From Candidatus Latescibacterota bacterium (lineage in GTDB: Bacteria > Latescibacterota > UBA2968 > GCA-2709665), in NCBI GenBank assembly GCA_965208835.1, contig OZ242358.1, positions 2,528,001-2,592,000 on the forward strand: DNA of 64,000 nt, read 5' to 3'. The position numbers were made by a program, and so were the translations under genes. This document shows, piece by piece, positions 18,024 to 28,164 of this stretch (positions are counted from its first letter, which is position 1; every line of letters starts with the position of its first letter). Under the pieces are notes generated by a model. The model made no database searches. It saw nothing but the letters and a program-made list of their open reading frames with translations, and was not told where the DNA came from.

Positions 18024-20426
18024 TCAAGGCGAACTCACGTCCAGGTTCCGGTCCCCGAAAATCAGCCTTGTGCCGGAAACGGTCGCGTGTGAGAGGTAGG
18101 CACCGTCGGAATCGGTCCTGATTACAGCGCACATTGCGTCGGTGGCAAGTCCGGTCTCGCCGAACGTCCTGTATGTTCCGTCTGATATCACGATGTGGTC
18201 TACGATGCCGCCGTGTTCCACGATCAGGTACGCGGTCCCGCCAGATGCACCTCTTTCGCCGCGACGGATTCGCACTGTTGGCAGCGGCAGGCTCCTGAAG
18301 GGATAGAGTAGCACGGCCAGATCGTCCATCAGTCCGCCGCCGGAAGTCATAAGGTCGAGGGAAGCCCACCGGATGAGCTGCCTGGCGGGCCGCCGGCCGG
18401 GGATGCCCCCGAGATGCGCCATTCCCGTGCCCAGGCGAACGGACGGAGCATCGGGCGTGGCCACGAGCAGGCCGGGCGCTTCGGTGGAAAACACCGCGGT
18501 TCCGCCCCGCTGCAGCGGCGTGGGGGAGTGAAGGAAGAACGAGGCTCTTCTGCCGCCGTCGTCGACGGAGAAGGCATCGAATACCAGGAAGTAGGGATTC
18601 GCCACATTCGCCGATCCCGAAGATTTGATGAATATAAAATGGCGGCGATGCCGGACGCCCAGAGAGCGATAGCCTTCGTGTTCTGCGGAAAAGTAGTCCA
18701 GGCCCGCCTTGCTGCTCCATATCTGATTTTGGCCTACGGCAATCTTGCGATCGAGGTTCGCGTCGTCGATCACCAGCATGTTGTGCGCTATGGATGTCTT
18801 GTACCAAGGTCTGTGGAGCGGATCGTCGTAACTGACCCCGATTCCGGCGTCGACGGCCAGCGGCTGCCCGTACGCGAAGAGCTCGAAACTGAGGATATCG
18901 GGGTGTGAATGCCCTCCGCCATATTCACCGTAGTTGATGACCAGATATGGACTCTCGCGGGTCCAGTCCTGGCGCATGACCGCGAAACCCGACGGTCTGA
19001 AATCGATTGACGTTTTGGATGGAGGCTCAACCTGGTCATCGATATCGGCGCCGAGGAGGTTTTGGGCCACCCAAAGCAAGTCCGGGCGATTGAAGGCACG
19101 ACCTCCATCGATAAGAATGTCGCGGTTGAAACGGCCGCGGCCGCCGTCGTTCACGGCAGGCTGGGTGCCAAGAGGACTGATCAGGTACATCCAGTGGTTC
19201 AGCGTGCGTTCGAGCGGCGGGCGCAGGGCGGCCGCCCGGTCTTCGTTGCCTCCGAAGCGCTCGAGAAGAAAGGCCAGATTCCTTGGGTCGCGATAGACGA
19301 TGTTGGAATAGCTGGACGGGCAGTGCTCCGAGTGACAGCCGTCTTCATAGAAATCCTTTTGAAGATGCTCTTCAATCCGGTAGACGCCCTGCGAGATCCA
19401 CCGTTCCGCCTCCTTGAATTCCGGCAGGTTGATGCCCAGTTCGGCCAGTGCGTAGGACCCCATCACCTGCCAGTTGCCCGACCGGTACCCCTGTTTTTCC
19501 AGCTCGTACAGCCAGCGCGCGGAACCCAGGAAGTTCTTGAGGATCCGCTCGTGAGTCCGTACGGAAAGCCGGCCGCGGTTCAGCTTGTAGAACTCCAGGA
19601 AGACGCGGTTCCTGCGCGACCCGAGCCCAAGTTCATACCAGATCGGACTCAGGTGCGCGTAGGCGCCCACGACGTCGTCCCGCTGCTCGTACCACTGATT
19701 GAAGAGTTTGTCGAAGGCATCCAGGTACTTCGTGTCCCGTGTGCCCATAAATGCCCATAGAAGAGGCCCTGACCAACCCCAGTAATGAAATCCGTATTTG
19801 CCGCTTCGCCCATAATCTGCGTTGAAATCCACAACCGGTCCGTGCTGTATGGTGACGCCGCCCCAACCGGTGATGTTGTGGGCGACCACGCGTTCCGCCG
19901 CCGCCGTGTAGTTTCTGGTGCTGAAGTACTGAATTGCCTCATCTATGGAATAGTAGGGGATGCCGGTGTTGATATAATCATACCCCGGGCGGGCGTCCCA
20001 GTACGCACCCCACGCTTCGTAGGCCGTAGCGTAGTCCTCCTGTTCCACGGCACGCTTCACATCCTCGAGCCCGTCACGGTCCAGATCCATGGCTGCGAAG
20101 AGATCGGGATCGCTGATGTGCTTGATCTGCCGGTCAAGGTAATCGGGATCTTCACGGTGGTCGGTATTTGCCTCTCCGAAGGCCGTTGCAAACAGAACGA
20201 AGTCACTGAAACCGACCCGCCCGTCGAGGTCCAGGTCGAAACGGTCGTCAAAGCCGTCATCGGACCGGGACGTACCGAAGTTGCGGACGAAAGCGACGAA
20301 ATCATCGAACGCGACCAGACCGTCGCCGTTGAAGTCCCCGGGCACGCCAGGCCAGGCGGCGGAGTACGCCATTAGTACGGCCAGAAACGGCACAATGCGC
20401 ATTCTGATTAGCGCTCGCGGAGACAT
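18024..20426 (-). CDS. Secreted heparinase II/III-like polysaccharide lyase with N-terminal dockerin/EF-hand domain (copy 1)
   Basis: Same architecture and length (800 aa) as the neighbouring gene; GGHSHPDILSF and SIAHNML motifs. Confidence 0.85.
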   Translation of the reverse strand: MSPRALIRMRIVPFLAVLMAYSAAWPGVPGDFNGDGLVAFDDFVAFVRNFGTSRSDDGFDDRFDLDLDGRVGFSDFVLFATAFGEANTDHREDPDYLDRQIKHISDPDLFAAMDLDRDGLEDVKRAVEQEDYATAYEAWGAYWDARPGYDYINTGIPYYSIDEAIQYFSTRNYTAAAERVVAHNITGWGGVTIQHGPVVDFNADYGRSGKYGFHYWGWSGPLLWAFMGTRDTKYLDAFDKLFNQWYEQRDDVVGAYAHLSPIWYELGLGSRRNRVFLEFYKLNRGRLSVRTHERILKNFLGSARWLYELEKQGYRSGNWQVMGSYALAELGINLPEFKEAERWISQGVYRIEEHLQKDFYEDGCHSEHCPSSYSNIVYRDPRNLAFLLERFGGNEDRAAALRPPLERTLNHWMYLISPLGTQPAVNDGGRGRFNRDILIDGGRAFNRPDLLWVAQNLLGADIDDQVEPPSKTSIDFRPSGFAVMRQDWTRESPYLVINYGEYGGGHSHPDILSFELFAYGQPLAVDAGIGVSYDDPLHRPWYKTSIAHNMLVIDDANLDRKIAVGQNQIWSSKAGLDYFSAEHEGYRSLGVRHRRHFIFIKSSGSANVANPYFLVFDAFSVDDGGRRASFFLHSPTPLQRGGTAVFSTEAPGLLVATPDAPSVRLGTGMAHLGGIPGRRPARQLIRWASLDLMTSGGGLMDDLAVLLYPFRSLPLPTVRIRRGERGASGGTAYLIVEHGGIVDHIVISDGTYRTFGETGLATDAMCAVIRTDSDGAYLSHATVSGTRLIFGDRNLDVSSP

Positions 20427-20489
20427 CGTTTGCTCCGGAGGACAGACGACTGGGACTTTGTAGTAATTCCGGAGTCCGGGCGGGGCGGG

Positions 20490-21731
20490 TCAGTCCCCGT
20501 CAGGGTGAGGGCGTGGTTTTTTCTCGAAAACCGTATTCCAGTTGGTTCGCCCTGTGTACTGCATTGCCGCAAAGAGGGTGGCGATGCACAGCAGGGTTAT
20601 GGCCAGTCCGGTATAGCCGGAAAAGAAAAAGGTATAGGAGAACAGAACCAGGTAGATGAACTGTCCGGCGCCGATTTCGACGAAGGCCAGGCGCGCGCCA
20701 ACGACCAGGCGCATGTACGATATAACGAGGAATATCGAGACCGCGGAGGCGAGTACAAAAGCGTAGTGGATGAGCGTGTGGTCGACCAGGTAGGCCAGCA
20801 GCAGGTGGAAGCTGAAGAAGGCGGCACCGATGAAAAAATAGTGCATCGGGTGCAGGTCGATACGCCGCACGGTGGTGAAAACAAAGAGCAGGAAGAAGAA
20901 CAGGAAGAGGGAGACTGGGGCCGCGAGGACGACGTGCCTTACCCAGGGACCGGGATTGAGGCGGGCAGGCATGACCATCCCCAGATCGACTCCTGTCAGG
21001 AGATGATCGTATCGCCAGGTCAGCGTCCAGGCGTCACGCGTGCGGATCTTGGAAGTGGGGGATACGCTTTCGGCGGGAAAGTCGATATCGGCGAAGTCTG
21101 TCTGCATCACCAGTTCGAAGTCCGTCACCTGACTGACATTTTCCCCGAAACTGTAGCGCCACTGGTCCAGACCCCGGGAGCGATAGGACACGAGGACTGG
21201 GAGTAACTGGCCGGGCGCGAGATCGACGGGCTGGACCAGGTGCCCGGCGCGGACGGGGACGTCGGCGATGCGCAGGCTGTCCACGCCCAGGGTGAAGTCG
21301 TCGTACACGGCGCGACTGGCGGGCAGCTCCAGATCGAAATAGAGTCTGAGACTCCGGTCGGTTGGGTTGGACAGGGTGTACGATGCGGCGAATTGGACGT
21401 TGTAAGTCGAATACCACAACAAGCCCTTTCGCCGGTACTCCAGGGACAGGTCGACGCCGATGCGGCTGGCGTCCAGGCTATGATAATGCTTTTCGTCGAC
21501 CGTGCGCGAGACGGTCTGGCCGTCCGCGCCGGTTTCAACGCGTGTGACGCGTTCCAGCCGGTAAACCTGCGGGGCCTGCTGGGTCTGGGCGGTGCCCCAG
21601 AGTTGGCCTACGGCATCTTTGAGCTTGCCGTCCTGTTCCAGGGTGCGCAGGTGGACGGTCTGCCCCAGAATGAGCCAGGCGACCGAAATACAAACAAAAA
21701 TCAAGCCGATTGCGATGATGCGATGGATCAT
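20490..21731 (-). CDS. CreD-like inner membrane protein
   Basis: N-terminal TM, V..LWG..Q.Q..P, YRRKGLLWYSTY.V.F, C-terminal TM bundle with LHPMHYFFIG and LLLAYLVDH. Start reassigned to MIHRII. Confidence 0.75.
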   Translation of the reverse strand: MIHRIIAIGLIFVCISVAWLILGQTVHLRTLEQDGKLKDAVGQLWGTAQTQQAPQVYRLERVTRVETGADGQTVSRTVDEKHYHSLDASRIGVDLSLEYRRKGLLWYSTYNVQFAASYTLSNPTDRSLRLYFDLELPASRAVYDDFTLGVDSLRIADVPVRAGHLVQPVDLAPGQLLPVLVSYRSRGLDQWRYSFGENVSQVTDFELVMQTDFADIDFPAESVSPTSKIRTRDAWTLTWRYDHLLTGVDLGMVMPARLNPGPWVRHVVLAAPVSLFLFFFLLFVFTTVRRIDLHPMHYFFIGAAFFSFHLLLAYLVDHTLIHYAFVLASAVSIFLVISYMRLVVGARLAFVEIGAGQFIYLVLFSYTFFFSGYTGLAITLLCIATLFAAMQYTGRTNWNTVFEKKPRPHPDGD

Positions 21732-22049
21732 TGGACATCCAGAATTGAGTTGATAAGAAGGGCACTGTCTTGCTTGTTCATATTGAATTTCCGCCGTATC
21801 CAGAACCTTCTGTTGGAATATCACAAAACGGATAGTGTCCGTCAATACCGTATGTAAGACGGCGGCTTTCGTAAGCCTGGAGAACGGGAGTTGCGAGGGC
21901 GCCGCACCGGCGAGTGCGTGGGAGACACGAACTCGACCCAATGAAGGTTTGGTCGTGATTCCCGGTGCGTACAGACCGCGGACGATGGAGGGGCTCAGGT
22001 TGTTGATGTCGGCCTATTGCATTTGCCCGACCCTGACGATGACCAAGCT

Positions 22050-24905
22050 CTACAGAAAGTGCGAAAGCCGCGCATACAGATATCTGCCCATGAAATCGTA
22101 GGTGCTGGAATCCGACGTGCCGAGAAAGCCGTTGAATATCACCGCCGGCCGCTGATTGAAAACATTGTTGACTCCGACGGTCAATACGGACGCCCCGGCG
22201 CGGGTACCCAGTCTATACGTTCCGTATACACCCAGTGTGGTGTTTGAGTTGACCTGGCGGCTCACGGGCGTTTCCGACACGTCCTCGCGGTACAGGCCCT
22301 TGCAGTCGTCGTCTTCGCATTCCAGGAATCCGCCGACGTACTTCAGGTTCAGACCGAATGCGACGCGCGGCTGACTCAGCCCCGCCGATAGCGCATGCCG
22401 CCATCTGGGGAAGACACCCAGATCGTAGTAACCCCTCCCCTTCACCAGTTCGAGGCCGCCCGGGGCCGGCACAAGTTGCTCGTATTGGAACAGCAGATTG
22501 CTTTCCGTGCGGGTCGTCAGGAAACCCAGCGGCGTGTCCACCCTGTAATCCAGTTCGATGTCCAGTCCGCTGGTCTCGGTTTCGCCCACGTTGGCGCCCT
22601 GCGAAAAGATGGTCGTAATCAGCTTCGTGTTCGGGTCTCGCTCGATCTGATCGCAGTAGGATGGGGTTACCTGCGAATAGCAGTTGCTCAGGATGAGACC
22701 CGCGGGCAGCGCACCGATCACATCCTCTATTTTATTGGTATAGTAGGTGAGGGCGAAATCCAGGTTGTCGACAAAATCCGGCTGGTAAACAAGCCCGGCC
22801 GTAATCATGGCGGCTGTTTCCGGATCGAGCTCGGTGGAACCGCCGACCTTGGCGCGCAGTTGCGCGCGCGAGTCCTCAAAGTCGGACGGGACGCCGGCTG
22901 CCGCACAGTTCCTCTGTTGCTCGGCCGTCAGTGTCCGGGCGCTGCCCGCTTCGTCCACGACGCTGCAGGGATCGCTTACCAGAGGGAAGGCATCGCTCTG
23001 ACCGAGGAACATCTCGGCGATGCCGGGCGCGCGAAACGCATTGGAAATCGTCGCACGCAGGGTCAGCCCGCGGGGAAACCAGCAGCGGGCTCCCGCCTCG
23101 TACGTGAAGCCGCTCCCGAAGGTATCGTAATCGAACGCCCTTCCCGCAGCCGTCAGATCCAGGCCTGCGGCTTCCGCACGATAGACCGGCACCGAGGTCT
23201 CGCCGTAGAGCGCCCTCACCGAATACGCACCTTCGGTCGCTTCCTGCTTGCTGCCTGTCGTATTTCCCGATCTCGTTACCGGATCAGGAAGAAATGCGCC
23301 TGCCTCCCAGCGGGAAGACACGCCCGCGGCCACACCCAGAGGACCGGCCGGCAGATCGGCGAGCTGTCCCGTCACGTTCAACTGAAGGATCTTCTGCTTG
23401 GAATAGCCCGTGGCGATACCCGTATACTGGATATAGTCCAGCATTTCCTGTGTGATGGTGCCGGCGCCGTGAAGCAGGTCCAGGGGCACGCAGTCGCCGA
23501 TGGCGGCGCATTCTTCGGCCGGTCCCAGAGCATAGGCGAGGTTGCTGCGGACGAATCGGCCTTCATTGATGCTGGTTCCCTCGCTGCGGCCATATGAATA
23601 GGATGCATCGGCGTCGAAACCCGAGATCGGGAATTCCATGCCGAGGACGATGCGGTAGGTGTTTATATCCTGGAGGAAATTGCGGTTGCCCGCTTCGACA
23701 AACCGGCGGCGGACGTCGTGAAAGGTGCGGCCGAATTCATTGTGGACATTCGTGGAAGAAACGGAGAGACCTTCGCTTATGATAAACAGAGGTGTCGGGG
23801 CGAGCTTCTGATCGGACTGTCGGTTGGTATATGAGACCTCGAAGAAGCCATCTGCCTCTGGGGCGAATTCGTACGTGCCGCTTAGAAAGGAGGTATATCG
23901 GGTCTGGGGCGTGTAGAGGTAATTTTCCGGCTGGTAATTGTACAGGTCGCCGCTTCCGTCTGAAGAATTGCCCGCCCAGTTGAACGGGCGCCAACCCGCG
24001 TTGGGGTCGAGGTGGTAGTCGCCGGCGTCTTCCCCGGCAGCCGTTACCACGGCCTGCCACGCCGCGTTGCCGGGTTCTTCGGATCGGTCGATGATGTGGC
24101 CTTCCGGCGTCGCCGAGCTGCCGCTTGTGGCGTAGGTGCCGTCGTTCTTCTCCCAGTCGTACGTCTTGTCTTCCGTACTGAAGGACCGGTCGCCCGTCCA
24201 TACGGGTGCCTGGTTGTGGTAGCCGGCCGAAAACAGGACGCTGCCTCTTTCGCTCTTCAGACCGGCAGTCACGCTGATGTCCAGCGTCTCGCCGTCGCCC
24301 GCGCCCGCGACGCCCCGGTAGACTTCGAATTCAAGCCCCTCTGTCTCAGCCCTTGTAATGACATTGACAACGCCTCCCACCGCGTCCGAACCATACACCG
24401 CCGACGCGCCGTCCTTGAGCACCTCGACGCGCTCAACGGCGGAAGCGGGAATGGCGTTGAGATCGACGGATGAATTGGCCCCGGTGCCGCCCGGCACGAA
24501 GCGGCGTCCGTTGAGCAGGACCAGCGTTCGATGAGCGCCCAGCCCCCGGAGGCTGATACGAGTGGAGCCGTCTCCACCGTTGTTGGCCTGGGTATTGATG
24601 GCATTGGACTGAACGGTCAGGGTCTGCAGGACGTCTCCTATGGATGCCAGGCCCCGCACCTTGATTTCATCCCGAGACATGACAACCACGGGCGCAGGGG
24701 TGAGGAGATCCTCGCTCTTGATCCGGGAACCGGTGACGGTAACGGCGTCAAGTTCGTAGACGATCAGCTCTTCTTCGGCAGTTTCTTCCGCTTCGGTGCC
24801 TTCCTCGACGTCGTCGGATTCATCGGCGGACGCCTGCAATGTGAACGCACCGCCCATTAGAGAGAGAACCAGGATGTACCGAAGGACCTTGAGATAGGTC
24901 TGCAT
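22050..24905 (-). CDS. TonB-dependent outer membrane receptor
   Basis: Signal peptide; TonB box DAVTVTGSRI; plug ISLRGLG..RTLVLLNGRR and ERVEVLKDGASAVYGSDAVGGVVNVIT; C-terminal GVNNVFN...YDFMGRYLY. Confidence 0.95.
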   Translation of the reverse strand: MQTYLKVLRYILVLSLMGGAFTLQASADESDDVEEGTEAEETAEEELIVYELDAVTVTGSRIKSEDLLTPAPVVVMSRDEIKVRGLASIGDVLQTLTVQSNAINTQANNGGDGSTRISLRGLGAHRTLVLLNGRRFVPGGTGANSSVDLNAIPASAVERVEVLKDGASAVYGSDAVGGVVNVITRAETEGLEFEVYRGVAGAGDGETLDISVTAGLKSERGSVLFSAGYHNQAPVWTGDRSFSTEDKTYDWEKNDGTYATSGSSATPEGHIIDRSEEPGNAAWQAVVTAAGEDAGDYHLDPNAGWRPFNWAGNSSDGSGDLYNYQPENYLYTPQTRYTSFLSGTYEFAPEADGFFEVSYTNRQSDQKLAPTPLFIISEGLSVSSTNVHNEFGRTFHDVRRRFVEAGNRNFLQDINTYRIVLGMEFPISGFDADASYSYGRSEGTSINEGRFVRSNLAYALGPAEECAAIGDCVPLDLLHGAGTITQEMLDYIQYTGIATGYSKQKILQLNVTGQLADLPAGPLGVAAGVSSRWEAGAFLPDPVTRSGNTTGSKQEATEGAYSVRALYGETSVPVYRAEAAGLDLTAAGRAFDYDTFGSGFTYEAGARCWFPRGLTLRATISNAFRAPGIAEMFLGQSDAFPLVSDPCSVVDEAGSARTLTAEQQRNCAAAGVPSDFEDSRAQLRAKVGGSTELDPETAAMITAGLVYQPDFVDNLDFALTYYTNKIEDVIGALPAGLILSNCYSQVTPSYCDQIERDPNTKLITTIFSQGANVGETETSGLDIELDYRVDTPLGFLTTRTESNLLFQYEQLVPAPGGLELVKGRGYYDLGVFPRWRHALSAGLSQPRVAFGLNLKYVGGFLECEDDDCKGLYREDVSETPVSRQVNSNTTLGVYGTYRLGTRAGASVLTVGVNNVFNQRPAVIFNGFLGTSDSSTYDFMGRYLYARLSHFL

Positions 24906-25122
24906 AGCGTGAATCTCCTGTCGTGGGATACCGGAATCAAAACACAGGCGGTGGTACTTTCGTTATTGGTTTGCAGGGGAGAATTCCAGTCGGCGGTGTG
25001 TTATCCGCCGGAAGGCATAAAGGGATTCAATCAGGGGATGCGCAGCGTTTCGGGCGGGGGAGGTGAGGTAGGTTTGTGCTTCATCGACGCCACGCGCGGG
25101 GATATCAGGTGCCGGCCACCGT

Positions 25123-25279
25123 AGTATCCTGTCCCAAAAATATCTAACCATTCAGCCGCCGGTTCATCCCGTCTCGCGGCGTTGCCTTCCCTCGCCGACC
25201 TTACACAGGTCGGAGGCGCCTTGCGAGCCGGGCAACTCGACGGCTGAATTTCGGCAACCTTTTTCCGGGACAGAACACT
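25123..25279. mobile_element. MITE-like palindromic element (family B-related)
   Basis: Ends AGTATCCTGTCCCAAAAA / TTTTCCGGGACAGAACACT; nested arms TTCAGCCGCCG / CGACGGCTGAA and CCGACCT / AGGTCGG; minus-strand core CAAGGC..CCGA..TCGGCGAGGGA..GCAACG shared with 7168-7328. Confidence 0.65.
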
Positions 25280-25560
25280 CGCGGCTTATATAAAATATAA
25301 CGTTGAAAAAGGATGCGGCAAGGTGTCAAATGGTTCATATTGCGATCGTGACGAACGCGAACGGACAATTTCCCGGAGTTAGGAATGGGTGCCGCCCGCC
25401 GGAATTGCGGATACGACAGTTTGAGGACGCTCCGGAGGTCTCTTTACTTGGGATTGCGATATCTGTTGTGTTCTTTCACGGTCGTGAGTAATTTTGCCGC
25501 CTCAATTGCTGTTGCATAGATTCCGGTAATCAGCAAACCACCTGAAGAAGGGAATCATCC

Positions 25561-26157
25561 GTGATGACACGCTTCCCGTGCCGGACGTCGGCGGCGGCAG
25601 GCCACGGGCGGCTCTGGCCACTGATTTTGCTCCTGGCGACGGGGCTGTCCTCCGCCTGTGGCGATGATCCGGTATCAGACGAATCCTCCCAGGGACTGAG
25701 GGACCTCACCAGGATCGAGGAACTCAGGGAGATATTCCATCGGGACGCGGGCGCCCCGCGGCTCATCCTGCTGCTGTCTCCCACGTGACCGGTCTGTCAG
25801 GCAGGCGCCAGTTGGGTGCAGGAGGAGATTCTGGACAGGGACCGCGAGGCCAACGTGAAGGTCTACGCGGTCTGGCTTCCGATGATCGCGGGCGATGCCC
25901 GGTCGGAGTGGAAGCAGAGCCTGCTTCCGGATGCCAGGGTGGTTCATCTTTGGGACGAGCAGCGTGTCACCGGGAGGTGGTTCGCACGGCAGACATGGTA
26001 TGACAGGAACGTGGAAGTCGCGTGGGACATCTATATTCTGTTCGGCCCGGCAGCCCGCTGGAACGGGTCGCCCGGACCGCTCATCAGCTGGGGAGAGACC
26101 GTGATAGATGCGCGTGAGCGGCTCAGGCGGGATTTTCTGGCGATAGTGGATGGGTAG
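25561..26157 (+). CDS. Thioredoxin-fold lipoprotein with UxxC motif; candidate selenoprotein
   Basis: ORFs 25561-25788 and 25816-26157 are the same frame, joined across TGA 25786-25788: RLILLLSPT-U-PVCQAGASWV...VKVYAVWLP...VAWDIYILF. Lipobox LSSAC. Confidence 0.85.
25789..25815 (+). promoter_or_regulatory. Putative bacterial SECIS hairpin
   Basis: CCGG.CU....GGC-AGGC-GCC-AG-UUGG directly after UGA; the upper stem starts at +12. Confidence 0.5.
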
Positions 26158-26254
26158 TCCCTGGAAGAGAGAGATCCGAGAGTAACCCAGCCTGGCATTG
26201 GGGGTCGGAAGGAAAGACCGCGGAAGGCCGAACCGGGGCGTGGCTTTGATAAGG

Positions 26255-26290
26255 AAAAACAGGGCGTCGATTTCTCGACGCCCTGTTTTT
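26255..26290. terminator. Bidirectional intrinsic terminator
   Basis: AAAAACAGGGCGTCGA-TTTC-TCGACGCCCTGTTTTT between the convergent thioredoxin-like gene and tRNA-fMet. Confidence 0.88.
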
Positions 26291-26367
<77 letters not shown>

Positions 26368-26390
26368 ACCAATGATTTCCTATATAGGAG

Positions 26391-26418
26391 AATCTATCAA
26401 ACCGGGACGTTTTGTCAA
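26391..26418 (-). promoter_or_regulatory. Sigma70 promoter of tRNA-fMet
   Basis: TTGACA-N16-TAGATT, overlapping the stop codon of the upstream gene. Confidence 0.55.
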
Positions 26419-27704
26419 GCGATTTCTTGTGTTTTGTCCTGTTTGTTTCGATCCGGTTCCTGTTTGACGATCCGAACCGTGGTAATGCGCTGGCCGACCA
26501 CTTCTTCGACCCACAGCGTCAGGTTTTCGAACACGAACGTTTCCTCGGGACCCGGAACGCGGCCCAGGTGGTTGTAGATGAAACCCCCCAGGGTTTCGTA
26601 ACCGTCGCGCGGAAGTTCTATATTCAGAATCAGATTGAGATCGTCTATATCGAGTCGCGCGTCGGCAACCAGGACGTGCCCGTCTTCGTCCCAGTGGAAC
26701 AGCTGCTCTTCCTCGTCGTATTCGTCGTGAATCTCGCCGACGATCTCTTCGATCAGGTCTTCGAGCGTGACCAGTCCGGACGTGCCGCCGAATTCATTGA
26801 TGACAACCGCCATGTGGACCTTGTTGGTCTTGAACTCTCTCATCAGCTCCGCGATCTTCTTGTTTTCCGTCGCGAAATACGGTTTTCGCATGGCATTTTC
26901 GGGCGTCCAGTCCTGACCCGTACTCAGAAGCTCGAGCAGGTCCTTGGCGTAAACCACACCTTCGATATGGTCCACGCGTTCGCGGTAAATGGGAATGCGG
27001 GAGTGCCGCTTTTCCTGGATCAGGGCCAGGATTTCCTCCGGTTTGGAGGAGATCTCGGCGCACACCATGTCAATACGCGGCACCATTACTTCCTTTACGG
27101 TCGTGTCGCCGAACTCGAATATGCCGGCGATCATGTCCCGTTCTTCCTCTTCTATCGTACCTTCCTCGGTCTCGGTTTCCACGATCTGCCGCAGCTCTTC
27201 CTCCTTGATCGCCCTCGTATCGGTTTCGCTTACAAAAATACTCTGTGTTTTCAACAAGAGCAACGCGGGGGGCAGAAGCAACACATAGAATGGATAGTAG
27301 ATGGCAATCAGGTGAGGCAGCGGCCGGTCGGACCCCTCTTCGCGCCTGTAGAAGGAGATTGCATTGGCGACCACCAGAGAGACGAGTACGAACGCGGCGA
27401 TGCTCAGCAGGTCCCGCAGAAGCGGCCATGTGAATTCCTGCAATCCGAATCTGGCAAGGAATGCGAACGCAAGCGCGCCAGCCGCTATGGACAGGGATTG
27501 GCCGAACGAGACCGTCAGTCCCAGCGCGTACCGTGTCCGGTACATCGACAGCAGGAGGTTCGCGCGGGGAACAGCTTCGTCGCGGAGGCGTTCAAGCGTC
27601 GCCCGTGAAATCGTGCTGCCGATCGCGCCCATCCGGGCAACGAGCGCGGTAACGAACAGAGACGCGCCCGCCACGAGTACGGCCAACCACTCGGAGTCAT
27701 CCAA
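26415..27704 (-). CDS. HlyC/CorC (CNNM) family CBS-domain Mg/Co transporter
   Basis: N-terminal TM domain, VKEVMVPRIDM, HSRIPIY, CBS pair, VINEFGGTSGLVTLEDLIEEIVGEIHDEYD and CorC domain YETLGG. Confidence 0.9.
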   Translation of the reverse strand: MDDSEWLAVLVAGASLFVTALVARMGAIGSTISRATLERLRDEAVPRANLLLSMYRTRYALGLTVSFGQSLSIAAGALAFAFLARFGLQEFTWPLLRDLLSIAAFVLVSLVVANAISFYRREEGSDRPLPHLIAIYYPFYVLLLPPALLLLKTQSIFVSETDTRAIKEEELRQIVETETEEGTIEEEERDMIAGIFEFGDTTVKEVMVPRIDMVCAEISSKPEEILALIQEKRHSRIPIYRERVDHIEGVVYAKDLLELLSTGQDWTPENAMRKPYFATENKKIAELMREFKTNKVHMAVVINEFGGTSGLVTLEDLIEEIVGEIHDEYDEEEQLFHWDEDGHVLVADARLDIDDLNLILNIELPRDGYETLGGFIYNHLGRVPGPEETFVFENLTLWVEEVVGQRITTVRIVKQEPDRNKQDKTQEIA

Positions 27705-27711
27705 AATGGAC

Positions 27712-28164
27712 TCACACTCCCTTCATGTGAATGCCTGTGTCAAACCGCGCCAGATACTCCCGCTCCTTGCGCCGCATCGAGGCTCTGGAACCGGGAGAGT
27801 CGTGTTTATACCCCAGCAGATGCAGGATTCCGTGTATGGCAAGCCAGACCAATTCTTCTGAAGGGCACCTTGAACCTTCACGGGCCTGAGATAAAGCACG
27901 ATCCACGGAAATGTAGATTTCACCAAGATCATCGCAATCGGGATGGACCGGGTCAGCCAGATCGAAAGAAAGAACATCCGTCGGCACGAATGCACCCTTG
28001 AATTGACCGTTCAGACGTTGAAGCGTTGCGTCGTCCGCCAGAACCAGCGTGACGCTGCCGTCGGCGCCGTGATCCTTTAGCACGCTGTCGAGCAGGAATT
28101 CGAGGTCCATCGGGTCGCAGGCATCGGGAAGCGGCGCCACCTGTTCGATACGCAACCGGGTCAC
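27712..28164 (-). CDS. ybeY: rRNA maturation endoribonuclease YbeY
   Basis: LN.QF, PTDVLSF, LGEIYIS and HGILHLLGYKH; GTG start overlaps the upstream TGA. Confidence 0.9.
   Translation of the reverse strand: MTRLRIEQVAPLPDACDPMDLEFLLDSVLKDHGADGSVTLVLADDATLQRLNGQFKGAFVPTDVLSFDLADPVHPDCDDLGEIYISVDRALSQAREGSRCPSEELVWLAIHGILHLLGYKHDSPGSRASMRRKEREYLARFDTGIHMKGV

Noticed and set aside
25123-25279. Riboswitch (cobalamin or c-di-GMP) upstream of the TonB receptor
   Set aside because: Only a GGGAAGG fragment matches; the B12-box and GEMM core motifs are missing. It is an end-to-end palindrome sharing its core with the 7168-7328 repeat.
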